From the NCBI GenBank assembly GCA_964427915.1, contig CAYRWA010000053.1, positions 1,667-65,666 on the forward strand: a DNA stretch of 64,000 bases. Reading direction: 5' to 3'. Under the pieces are notes generated by a model that was not told the DNA's origin, searched no databases, and worked only from the letters and a program-made list of their open reading frames with translations. This DNA comes from an uncultured Caldisericota bacterium. Its GTDB lineage: Bacteria > Caldisericota > Caldisericia > UBA6126. Both the position numbers and the translations under genes were made by a program. This document shows positions 18,375 through 26,035 of the stretch, piece after piece (position 1 is the stretch's first letter; every line of letters starts with the position of its first letter).

Positions 18375-18617
18375 TTAACCGGTTCTTAATACTGCAAGAA
18401 CGAGTGTAGAAATACCAAACAAAATGCCGGACCATAAAATAACTTTATCAAGAAATAAATCAAGAGGTCGTCGTGATTTATAAACAGTAGCATTACCAGA
18501 AATAGCGCCTAGGCCGGAAGCTTTTGGTGCTTGCAGCAAGTATCCCAATATAATACCAGCAGAAGAGATAAAAACGAGTGCTGTTACAATCGATCGGATG
18601 GTCGAAATACTTTCCAT
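18375..18617 (-). CDS. secG: Preprotein translocase subunit SecG
   Basis: 80 aa with two TM helices flanking LLQAPKASGLGAISG, the typical SecG pattern. The tRNA cluster lies immediately downstream. Confidence 0.8.
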   Translation of the reverse strand: MESISTIRSIVTALVFISSAGIILGYLLQAPKASGLGAISGNATVYKSRRPLDLFLDKVILWSGILFGISTLVLAVLRTG

Positions 18618-18687
18618 ATGTTACTTGCCTTTCTACAAAATTTCGGTTTATAAGATTCCATGCGAAAACAAAGAAAACTCAAAACCG

Positions 18688-18716
18688 TTGCAAAAATATG
18701 ATACTGAATTTAAAAT
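18688..18716 (+). promoter_or_regulatory. Candidate sigma-70-type promoter for the ECF-S/coaX/dusB string
   Basis: The -35 TTGCAA (18688-18693), an exact 17-nt spacer and the -10 TAAAAT (18711-18716) lie ~90 nt upstream of ATG 18805. Sequence pattern only. Confidence 0.4.
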
Positions 18717-18804
18717 GTTTTGCAAGGTGGAACTTTGAAAAAAGTCTGCACATCTTACATTATTTTTCCGGTTGAACCCAATACCAGAGAGGATTGGAGT
18801 ACAT

Positions 18805-19419
18805 ATGCATCAAAAAAGAAGACTTAGCGGAACGAGACGAATTACTTTAGCAGCAATGTTGATTGCAATTACACTATTTCTTGGTTTTACAGGATGGGGG
18901 TTTATTCCCATAGGAACACCTGTTATTGCAGCAACCTTGTTCCATATCCCGGTCATCTTAGCGGGCATTCTTTTTGGGCCTGATATTGCCCTGATTTGTG
19001 GTGTAATTTTTGGAGTCTTTACCTCTGCTTTAGGATTTCCTTTTTACATCGTTGTTCCTGCAAAAATGTTTATTGGTGTTGTTGCTTACTATGTTTTTAT
19101 AGGACTTATCCACATACGTGCAAAAAAACCACGAAAGAAGATTGCTGAGATCCTCGTTCTTCCCGCTTCTATAGCCGGTATTGCTGGATCTATTACAAAC
19201 ACAGTGCTTACTCTTGGATTGGCTACCGCCTTTCGTTTATTCGGTGAAACATTGGCGGCTAATTTAGCAGTTGTCTATGCTAGTATTGTTCAGGCGTCTA
19301 TTGAAGCCGTAGCTGCTGCTGTTATTTGTGCAGCGGTAGTAGTTGCCTTGTATCCCTTACAATATGTCTTCACAACCCCCTCGTTTGGTATCCAAAAAAA
19401 GAAAGAAATACCGCAATGA
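18805..19419 (+). CDS. ECF-transporter substrate-specific (S) component, possibly pantothenate (PanT-like)
   Basis: ~200-aa polytopic membrane protein with the S-component-like pattern ITLAAMLIAITLFLGF...IP...TLFHIPVILAGILFGP. GGAG lies 5 nt before ATG 18805. The substrate guess rests only on adjacency to coaX. Confidence 0.6.
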   Translation: MHQKRRLSGTRRITLAAMLIAITLFLGFTGWGFIPIGTPVIAATLFHIPVILAGILFGPDIALICGVIFGVFTSALGFPFYIVVPAKMFIGVVAYYVFIGLIHIRAKKPRKKIAEILVLPASIAGIAGSITNTVLTLGLATAFRLFGETLAANLAVVYASIVQASIEAVAAAVICAAVVVALYPLQYVFTTPSFGIQKKKEIPQ

Positions 19420-19456
19420 GTCAAAAGAGGTTTTTTGCTTTCACAATGGGTCTGTC

Positions 19457-20251
19457 ATGATTCTTACAATAGACGTTGGGAATACAAATATTAAATTTGG
19501 CTTTGCTAACATACGAACCATCACACATTTTTTTAAAATTGCTACGGATCGAGGAAAAACCTCAGATGAATATATTCTTTTGTTGGAAATGTTCTGTCAG
19601 CGATCCGATATTTCTTTAGCTTCTATCAACCATATCGTGGTTTGCTCAGTAGTACCTCCTCTCAACCCAATATTTGAATCCCTTGCCAAGCGATTTTTTC
19701 ATATACAACCACTATTTGTACAACCAGGAATTAAAACTGGAATCATCATTATGGCAGAAAATCCAAAAGAAGTTGGAGCAGACATCATAGCGGGAGCTGC
19801 AGGAGCAGTTTTTTTAGGACGATTGCCTGCTATCGTAATTAGTTTTGGTACTGCTACTGTATTTTCTGCAATTTCATCCAGAAAAGAATTACTTGGAGTT
19901 GCCATTTCTCCTGGAATGATTCGTTCTGCAGAATCTCTTTTTATGAATACCGCTAAACTGCCTAGAATTGAAATCAAGAAACCAAAGAACTATTTAGGAC
20001 GCAATACAAAAGACGCTATTCAGTCAGGAATTTTTTATGGATTTCAGGGATTGGTAAGAACCATGATCCATGGAATACAAGAAGAACTTTTAGAATCCCC
20101 AGCATACGTAATCGGTTGTGGGGGTCTTTGCAAAGAAATTGCCCAAGGTGTTCCTGAAATTGATATTGTGGATCCGATTTTAAACTTGAAAGGACTTCTA
20201 TCCATTTATGAAAAAAACCTGGAAGATTCAGACTCTTTCCTTTCAGAATAA
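19457..20251 (+). CDS. coaX: Type III pantothenate kinase
   Basis: It has MILTIDVGNTNIKFG (DxGNT), VGADIIAGAAG and an ASKHA fold pattern. The ORF-track start at 19343 overlaps the previous gene and adds non-homologous residues. Confidence 0.85.
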   Translation: MILTIDVGNTNIKFGFANIRTITHFFKIATDRGKTSDEYILLLEMFCQRSDISLASINHIVVCSVVPPLNPIFESLAKRFFHIQPLFVQPGIKTGIIIMAENPKEVGADIIAGAAGAVFLGRLPAIVISFGTATVFSAISSRKELLGVAISPGMIRSAESLFMNTAKLPRIEIKKPKNYLGRNTKDAIQSGIFYGFQGLVRTMIHGIQEELLESPAYVIGCGGLCKEIAQGVPEIDIVDPILNLKGLLSIYEKNLEDSDSFLSE

Positions 20252-21203
20252 CCTTGTCCTGGCTCCTATGGCTGGATACACCGATGCCCCCTTTCGTAAG
20301 ATATGCCGACGCTTTGGTGCAGGGCTTGTTGTAACGGAATTGATCACTAGTTTAGGGATGTGTTTCCACAATCAGAAAACCATGAATATGCTGCAGTTTT
20401 ATCCAGAAGAACACCCGGTAGCTCTTCAAATTTTTGGGGCTTATCCAGAAAAAATGGCAACAGCTGCCAAAATGGGGCAAGATCTTGGATACGATATTAT
20501 TGATATTAACATGGGTTGCCCTGCTCCCAAAATTGCTCGAAGCGGTAGCGGAGGAGAACTATTATCTGATTTGTCACAAATTCCTTCTTTGTTTCGGGCT
20601 ATCGTGAACGCTGTTTCGATACCCGTTACGGTGAAAACAAGAGTAGGGTATCGGCCCAATGTACCACTCGCTTCTATAGTAGGGAAAATGGCAGAACAAG
20701 AAGGCATCTGCGCCATAACAATTCATGGAGCAAGCGTAAAGCAAAATTCCAAAGGAAGTCGAGATTGGGATGAAATAGCAAAAACCAAAGAGCAAGTATC
20801 GATACCTGTATGCGCAAATGGAGGAGTTAAAAAACCAAGTGACGTTTTGGAAATACTCTCTTACACAAATGCTGATGCTGTTATGATTGGAAGAGCTTGT
20901 GTTGGAAGACCTTGGTTTTTTCAAGATGTTTTGGATATTTATCAGGGAGAAGATCCGATGGTTGTGGATCTTCGCAAACCCTCAGCTAAAAGAATTTTTG
21001 ACACACTTTATGAACATATTCGATTGGAAATTGAGTTAAAAGGAGAAAATCAAGCAATACGAGAAATGAGAAGACCGATCCATGATTATTTACGAGGGCT
21101 TCCCAAATCCGGTAATATCAGAGATCAGGTCAATAAAGCAAAAGATAGCGAAACGCTTTTCCGTATTCTCAGAAATTATCAAAGTACTTTTTTTCATGTA
21201 TAA
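20208..21203 (+). CDS. dusB: tRNA-dihydrouridine synthase
   Basis: It has LAPMAGYTDAPFRKI, DINMGCP, VTVKTRVG and ITIHGA, the TIM-barrel Dus signatures. Confidence 0.88.
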   Translation: MKKTWKIQTLSFQNNLVLAPMAGYTDAPFRKICRRFGAGLVVTELITSLGMCFHNQKTMNMLQFYPEEHPVALQIFGAYPEKMATAAKMGQDLGYDIIDINMGCPAPKIARSGSGGELLSDLSQIPSLFRAIVNAVSIPVTVKTRVGYRPNVPLASIVGKMAEQEGICAITIHGASVKQNSKGSRDWDEIAKTKEQVSIPVCANGGVKKPSDVLEILSYTNADAVMIGRACVGRPWFFQDVLDIYQGEDPMVVDLRKPSAKRIFDTLYEHIRLEIELKGENQAIREMRRPIHDYLRGLPKSGNIRDQVNKAKDSETLFRILRNYQSTFFHV

Positions 21204-21241
21204 TTACTACGAAAAATTTTATAAAACTTTATAGGTACACC

Positions 21242-22162
21242 ATGAAGAAAGTATTAAGTTTGAGCATGGGTTCTTCTAAAAGAGACCATGTCGCAGAAGT
21301 TTCTTTGTTTGGAGACCATTTTCAAATACAAAGAATTGGCACTGATGGCGATAAAAAGAAGCTAAAAGAATTGTATGAGTTGTATGATGGACAAGTCGAT
21401 GCTTTTGGTATGGGTGGATTCGATTTATGGGTTCATTATGCCAATAAAGTGTATCGATTTAGAGACGCTTCTCAAGTTATCCGCCATGTAAAATATACTC
21501 CAGTTGCCGATGGTTCCAAAGTCAAAAGCACTTTGGAAGCAATGAGTGTACATTCCCTTGTTGAACAAGGAATCATTCATCCGGAAACTCAAACCGTCAT
21601 GATTCCCTCTGCTACCTCCCGCTATTTCCTATACAAAGCTTTCCAAAAGGAAGGTTTCAAGGTTCGTTGGGGGGATATTGCATTTGGCTTGGGTATTGGA
21701 CAAGACGCAATGGATAGTGAAGCACTCATGAATCTTGTTGCCTATATCGCTTGGCCAATATTAGTAAAAGTCCCTTTTCATTGGTTGTATCCCGTTAAAG
21801 ATCAGGATACAATCGAACCTAAATACCAAAAAGCATACGATCGGGCAGATATCATAGCCGGTGATTTTCATTTTATCTATAAACATCTTCCTGCCTCAAT
21901 GAAAGGGAAAACTATCATTACTAATACACTGACTGAGGAAGAAATTGGTGTTTTAAAAGATCGAGGCGTGCAGTATGTTATTTCTGTAACCCCCGAGTTC
22001 CAAGGTCGTTCTTTTGGTACCAATGTTTTAGAAGCCTGTATTTGTGCTCATTTCGGGAGATCACCCGATCAAATTAGCATAGAAGAGTGTAAGCAATTGT
22101 TTCGACAATATCCTATACAACCGCGTGTAATTAAGTTATCTGATGAAGGAGACATACAATGA
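21242..22162 (+). CDS. Conserved hypothetical protein (family often auto-annotated 'quinate 5-dehydrogenase'; function unproven)
   Basis: The N-terminus SLSMGSSKRDHVAEV...IQRIGTDGD...VDAFGMGGFDLW matches my recollection of that family. Its stop overlaps the greA start. Confidence 0.5.
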   Translation: MKKVLSLSMGSSKRDHVAEVSLFGDHFQIQRIGTDGDKKKLKELYELYDGQVDAFGMGGFDLWVHYANKVYRFRDASQVIRHVKYTPVADGSKVKSTLEAMSVHSLVEQGIIHPETQTVMIPSATSRYFLYKAFQKEGFKVRWGDIAFGLGIGQDAMDSEALMNLVAYIAWPILVKVPFHWLYPVKDQDTIEPKYQKAYDRADIIAGDFHFIYKHLPASMKGKTIITNTLTEEEIGVLKDRGVQYVISVTPEFQGRSFGTNVLEACICAHFGRSPDQISIEECKQLFRQYPIQPRVIKLSDEGDIQ

Positions 22163-23058
22163 CTGAAAAAAACAAAAAAGCAACTGTAAAAAAAGCCTCT
22201 GAAAAGAAAACAAATACTCTTTCGAAAAAAAAGACTACATCAAAGACTGCAACAAAAAGCCCCGATGTAGCAAAAGAAAAAGAAGAAATAGTATCAAACC
22301 AAGAAGCTTCTCCTGCACAAGAAGAAACAAAGAAGCAATCTGAAACAAAGAAACGAGCGTCTTCAACCAAAGCAAAAAAGAAGGAAACCGATACCCAAAA
22401 AGGTACTACCAAAAAGGCGACTACCCCTACTACTAAATCAAAGCCTGCTGTAGCGAAATCAAAAAAGAGCACTGCGTCAAAAGAGAAGACGAAAGCTTCC
22501 GCATCGAAAACTCATGAAAAGAATGAAAAATCCTCTTATATTGATATTTCTTCGGGCATCAAAGACAAAGATAGCGATACCTTTAAACTCACCAAACGCG
22601 GATTGGAAATTTTAAAAAGTGAACTGAAAGAATTAAAAACTGTGAAACGAGCTGAAATTTCCGAACGAATACGACAAGCCAGAGCACTAGGTGATATAAG
22701 TGAAAACTCCGAATATGAAGATGCAAAAAGAGAACAGGCAGTGGTAGAAATACGGATTTCGGAATTAGAAAATATGTTGCGAAAATCTGTCATCGTTGAT
22801 GAAGACTTTAGTGATGATAATAGTGAGACCGTTCGAATGGGTCATAGTGTTGTTATTGAAAGCATAGAATTTAAAGAGCGTCAAACCTATACAATTGTAT
22901 CTGTGCTTGAAGCTGATCCATTTACAAATGCAATATCAAATGTATCTCCATTGGGCAGTGCTTTAATAGGGCACCAAGTGGGCAATGTTATACGAGTTGT
23001 GTTGCCTACCGGAGCTGTCCGGTATCGTTTGGTGGAGATTCGAAAAAAGGAGTCTTGA
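22159..23058 (+). CDS. greA: Transcription elongation factor GreA with ~140-aa lysine-rich N-terminal extension
   Basis: The C-terminal 158 aa align with GreA (LTKRGLEILKSELKEL..., GDISENSEYEDAKREQ, SPLGSALIGH). The start ATG overlaps the upstream stop (ATGA) and GAAGGAGA lies 7 nt upstream, so the K/T/S/A-rich extension is in-frame and likely translated. Confidence 0.88.
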   Translation: MTEKNKKATVKKASEKKTNTLSKKKTTSKTATKSPDVAKEKEEIVSNQEASPAQEETKKQSETKKRASSTKAKKKETDTQKGTTKKATTPTTKSKPAVAKSKKSTASKEKTKASASKTHEKNEKSSYIDISSGIKDKDSDTFKLTKRGLEILKSELKELKTVKRAEISERIRQARALGDISENSEYEDAKREQAVVEIRISELENMLRKSVIVDEDFSDDNSETVRMGHSVVIESIEFKERQTYTIVSVLEADPFTNAISNVSPLGSALIGHQVGNVIRVVLPTGAVRYRLVEIRKKES

Positions 23059-24524
23059 TGTCAGAACATAATTTATTTGATGCAGAAGCTTTACAGCTTC
23101 TTGATGAGTTACGAAATGAAGGAATCAATCCATATCCATTAAAATTTACGCCTACTCATCAAGCCAAAGAGATCCTTACAAATTTTTCTTTGTTGGAAAA
23201 TACGCCAGTGACAATTGCTGGTAGAGTAATAACCAAAAGACTTCATGGTAAAGCTGGTTTTGCTCATCTATTGTCAGGTGGAATCAAAATACAGATTTAT
23301 TTCCGAAAAGACAACCTTGATGAAGATACATTCCGTTTGGTAAAAAAACGTGTTAACGTCGGTGATATCATTGGAGTTACAGGGGATGTTTTTAAAACTC
23401 ACACAGGAGAGATTACCGTAAGTGTTACTTCATGTACACTACTCTCGAAATCTTTGTCTCCTTTACCTGAGAAATTTCATGGTATAGAAAATGTAGAAGT
23501 CCGTTACAGACAGCGATACTTGGACCTTATCATGAATGAAGATGTACGAAAAACCTTTCACATGCGTTCATCCATTCTTCGATCTATTCGAGAAACCTTA
23601 CACCACGAAGGTTATATGGAAGTAGAAACTCCAACGCTACAAGATATGTATGGAGGCGCATTAGCCAAACCCTTTACTACTCACCACAACGCACTTGATC
23701 AAGACTTTTTTCTTCGAATTGCACCAGAGCTTTACCTGAAAAGGCTTATTATCGGCGGACTTGATAAAGTCTTCGAAATAGGCAAAGCATATCGAAACGA
23801 AGGCATTTCTGTTAACCATAACCCAGAGTTTACCTTAATGGAATTGTATGAAGCTTATGGCAACTATGAAACCATGATGGACATTTCAGAGAAGCTCATA
23901 CGAGGAATTCGAGATTCTGTCCTTGAAAAGGATATTATTGAATATAGAGGAAAAACCATTGATCTTTCGGTTCCATTTCGCAAAATGAAATTAGCTGAAG
24001 CATTTGAAGAATTTGCTCAGGTTGATATAGTCAAATTGCAAGATGAGAAGTATGCAAAAGAGTATCTAAAGAAAGAAAAGATTCATGTTGATAAGAACCT
24101 TAGCTGGGCCACCATTGTCGATGAAGTTTTAAAAAAGAAAGTGGAACCTCAACTTTCCAACCCAACCTTTCTATATGAGTATCCTCTACCATTGTCTCCT
24201 TTAGCCAAAAAAACGTCCCCAGGATCAGACTGGGTAGAACGTTTTCAGCTGATCATGGGGTCTCTAGAGGTTGGGAATGCATTTACAGAATTGAATGATC
24301 CGGTGGATCAACAAGAACGATTTTTATCACAAAGTGAAGCAAAACAACAAGGAGACGAGGAGGCACATTCTTTTGATCGCTCCTACATCGAAGCTTTGAA
24401 ATTTGGATTGCCACCGACCGGAGGGTTAGGGTTCGGTATTGATCGAATTGTAATGATATTAACGGGTAGTGAGTCTATTCGTGATGTACTCTTCTTTCCT
24501 CAACTGCGGAGAAGAGAACCATGA
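23058..24524 (+). CDS. lysS: Lysine--tRNA ligase (class II)
   Basis: It has an OB-fold N-domain, class II motifs (YRNEGIS, GLGFGIDRIVMIL) and typical length. ATG 23058 shares one base with the greA stop. Confidence 0.92.
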   Translation: MSEHNLFDAEALQLLDELRNEGINPYPLKFTPTHQAKEILTNFSLLENTPVTIAGRVITKRLHGKAGFAHLLSGGIKIQIYFRKDNLDEDTFRLVKKRVNVGDIIGVTGDVFKTHTGEITVSVTSCTLLSKSLSPLPEKFHGIENVEVRYRQRYLDLIMNEDVRKTFHMRSSILRSIRETLHHEGYMEVETPTLQDMYGGALAKPFTTHHNALDQDFFLRIAPELYLKRLIIGGLDKVFEIGKAYRNEGISVNHNPEFTLMELYEAYGNYETMMDISEKLIRGIRDSVLEKDIIEYRGKTIDLSVPFRKMKLAEAFEEFAQVDIVKLQDEKYAKEYLKKEKIHVDKNLSWATIVDEVLKKKVEPQLSNPTFLYEYPLPLSPLAKKTSPGSDWVERFQLIMGSLEVGNAFTELNDPVDQQERFLSQSEAKQQGDEEAHSFDRSYIEALKFGLPPTGGLGFGIDRIVMILTGSESIRDVLFFPQLRRREP

Positions 24525-26035
24525 GCGTCTTGCTAGATGGTCATTCCTTATCTTTAGATACAATTATTGCAGTTGCTTGTAATAGAGAAAAAGTAGGGAT
24601 TCATCCAGTCGCAATTGATAAAATACAAAAATCCCGAGACTTTGTTGGCAGAATTCTTGAAAGTAACGATGTTGTATATGGTATTAATACAGGATTTGGA
24701 AAGCTTTCTTCTACATCCATAAATGAATCTCAATTGAGTCATCTGCAGGTAAATCTTATCCGAAGTCATGCTGTGGGTGTAGGGAAACCATTACCAGAAG
24801 AACTTGTGCGAGCCACTATTCTAATCCGTATCAATTCCCTTCTGATTGGGCATTCAGGTATTCGGAAAGAATTGATTGATGGGCTCATTGATTTACTGAA
24901 TCATGAAATTTACCCCTTTATTCCTTCCAAGGGATCTCTAGGGGCTAGTGGTGACTTGGCTCCATTGGCACATTTAGCTTTAGTTTTGATGGGAGAAGGA
25001 GAATGCTTCCAGAACGATGAAAAAATCCCTTCTCGTTTTGTACTACGAGATCATGGATTAAAGCCAATACTATTAGAGCCCAAAGAAGGATTGGCTTTAA
25101 TAAATGGCACTTCTATGAGTACTGCCATGCTATCCCTTACCCTTATTGATATTTTGCATGTAGTGGATAGCGCATTCTGTTCCATGGTGTTATCTCTAGA
25201 AGCTTTTTGTGGATGCAAAGCAGCTTTTTCTTCACTGATACATCAACAAAAGCCCCATCAGGGGCAGCAACTTGCTGGGAAAATATTAGAAACCTCTATT
25301 GTTGACTCAGAGCTTTTAGATTCTTCCTCACGCGTGCAAGATCCTTACTCTTTCCGTTGTATGCCTCAGGTGATTGGACCTGTTCTTGATACAATTCGTT
25401 ATTGTTTGCAAGTGAATCATGCAGAAATGAACTCCGCCACCGATAACCCTTTACTCTTTGTAGAAGAAGATGAAGTGATTTCAGGGGGCAATTTTCATGC
25501 TCAACCCATTGCTATAGCAGCTGATTACTTATCCATTGCTTTGCAGACTATGGGGGAGATATCTCAATATAGAGTGAATCAAATGCTAGATCCAAACTTA
25601 AGTTGCGGAATTCCTGCTTTTGGTGTAAAGGAGCCTGGATTGAACTCTGGCTTAATGATTGTTCAGTACACGGATGCTGCTCTTGTTTCGCAAAACAAAA
25701 CATTAACCTACCCAGCCACTTCTACTTCTATTCCTGTCTCGGCTAATCAGGAAGATTTTGTCAGTATGGCCCCTACTGCATGCAGCAAGTTACATACAAT
25801 TGTGTGGAATACATCTCGAATAATTGGCATTGAGCTATTAACAGCTTTTCAGTGTTTAGAGTTTCGAGATCGAAAGAAAATGGGCACAACTGCAAAGAAA
25901 ATTTATGAGTTAGTAGCAAGTCATTTTAAACCCATTCTTGTAGATCGTTCTATACATAAAGAAATGGAAGCAATGGGCGACCACATTTTGAAAGGGATGT
26001 TTCAAGGCATTCTTCCTATTGAGATTATTCTGTAG
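24521..26035 (+). CDS. hutH: Histidine ammonia-lyase
   Basis: The MIO-forming motif GSLGASGDLAPLAH and the overall HAL/PAL fold pattern are present (504 aa). Its start overlaps the lysS stop (ATGA). Confidence 0.85.
   Translation: MSVLLDGHSLSLDTIIAVACNREKVGIHPVAIDKIQKSRDFVGRILESNDVVYGINTGFGKLSSTSINESQLSHLQVNLIRSHAVGVGKPLPEELVRATILIRINSLLIGHSGIRKELIDGLIDLLNHEIYPFIPSKGSLGASGDLAPLAHLALVLMGEGECFQNDEKIPSRFVLRDHGLKPILLEPKEGLALINGTSMSTAMLSLTLIDILHVVDSAFCSMVLSLEAFCGCKAAFSSLIHQQKPHQGQQLAGKILETSIVDSELLDSSSRVQDPYSFRCMPQVIGPVLDTIRYCLQVNHAEMNSATDNPLLFVEEDEVISGGNFHAQPIAIAADYLSIALQTMGEISQYRVNQMLDPNLSCGIPAFGVKEPGLNSGLMIVQYTDAALVSQNKTLTYPATSTSIPVSANQEDFVSMAPTACSKLHTIVWNTSRIIGIELLTAFQCLEFRDRKKMGTTAKKIYELVASHFKPILVDRSIHKEMEAMGDHILKGMFQGILPIEIIL

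Noticed and set aside
18578-18775. A 65-aa ORF lies in the secG / ECF-S intergenic region.
   Set aside because: It has no RBS, overlaps the secG start on the opposite strand, and covers the candidate promoter. It is likely non-coding.
19343-19456. Long N-terminal extensions are offered by the ORF track. They affect coaX at 19343, the surface protein at 50125, the secreted protein at 27698, the lipoprotein at 41307, and pyrK at 897.
   Set aside because: The extensions overlap neighbouring genes, lack Shine-Dalgarno sequences and add non-homologous residues. Internal starts with good RBSs give proper N-termini or signal peptides.
22131-22472. A 113-aa ORF lies antisense to the greA 5' region, and the underlying AAG/AAA-rich DNA looks like a tandem repeat.
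   Set aside because: It is the complement of the lysine-rich coding extension and yields a poly-Phe-like product. There is no regular DNA repeat unit or spacer structure, so it is neither a CRISPR nor a satellite.
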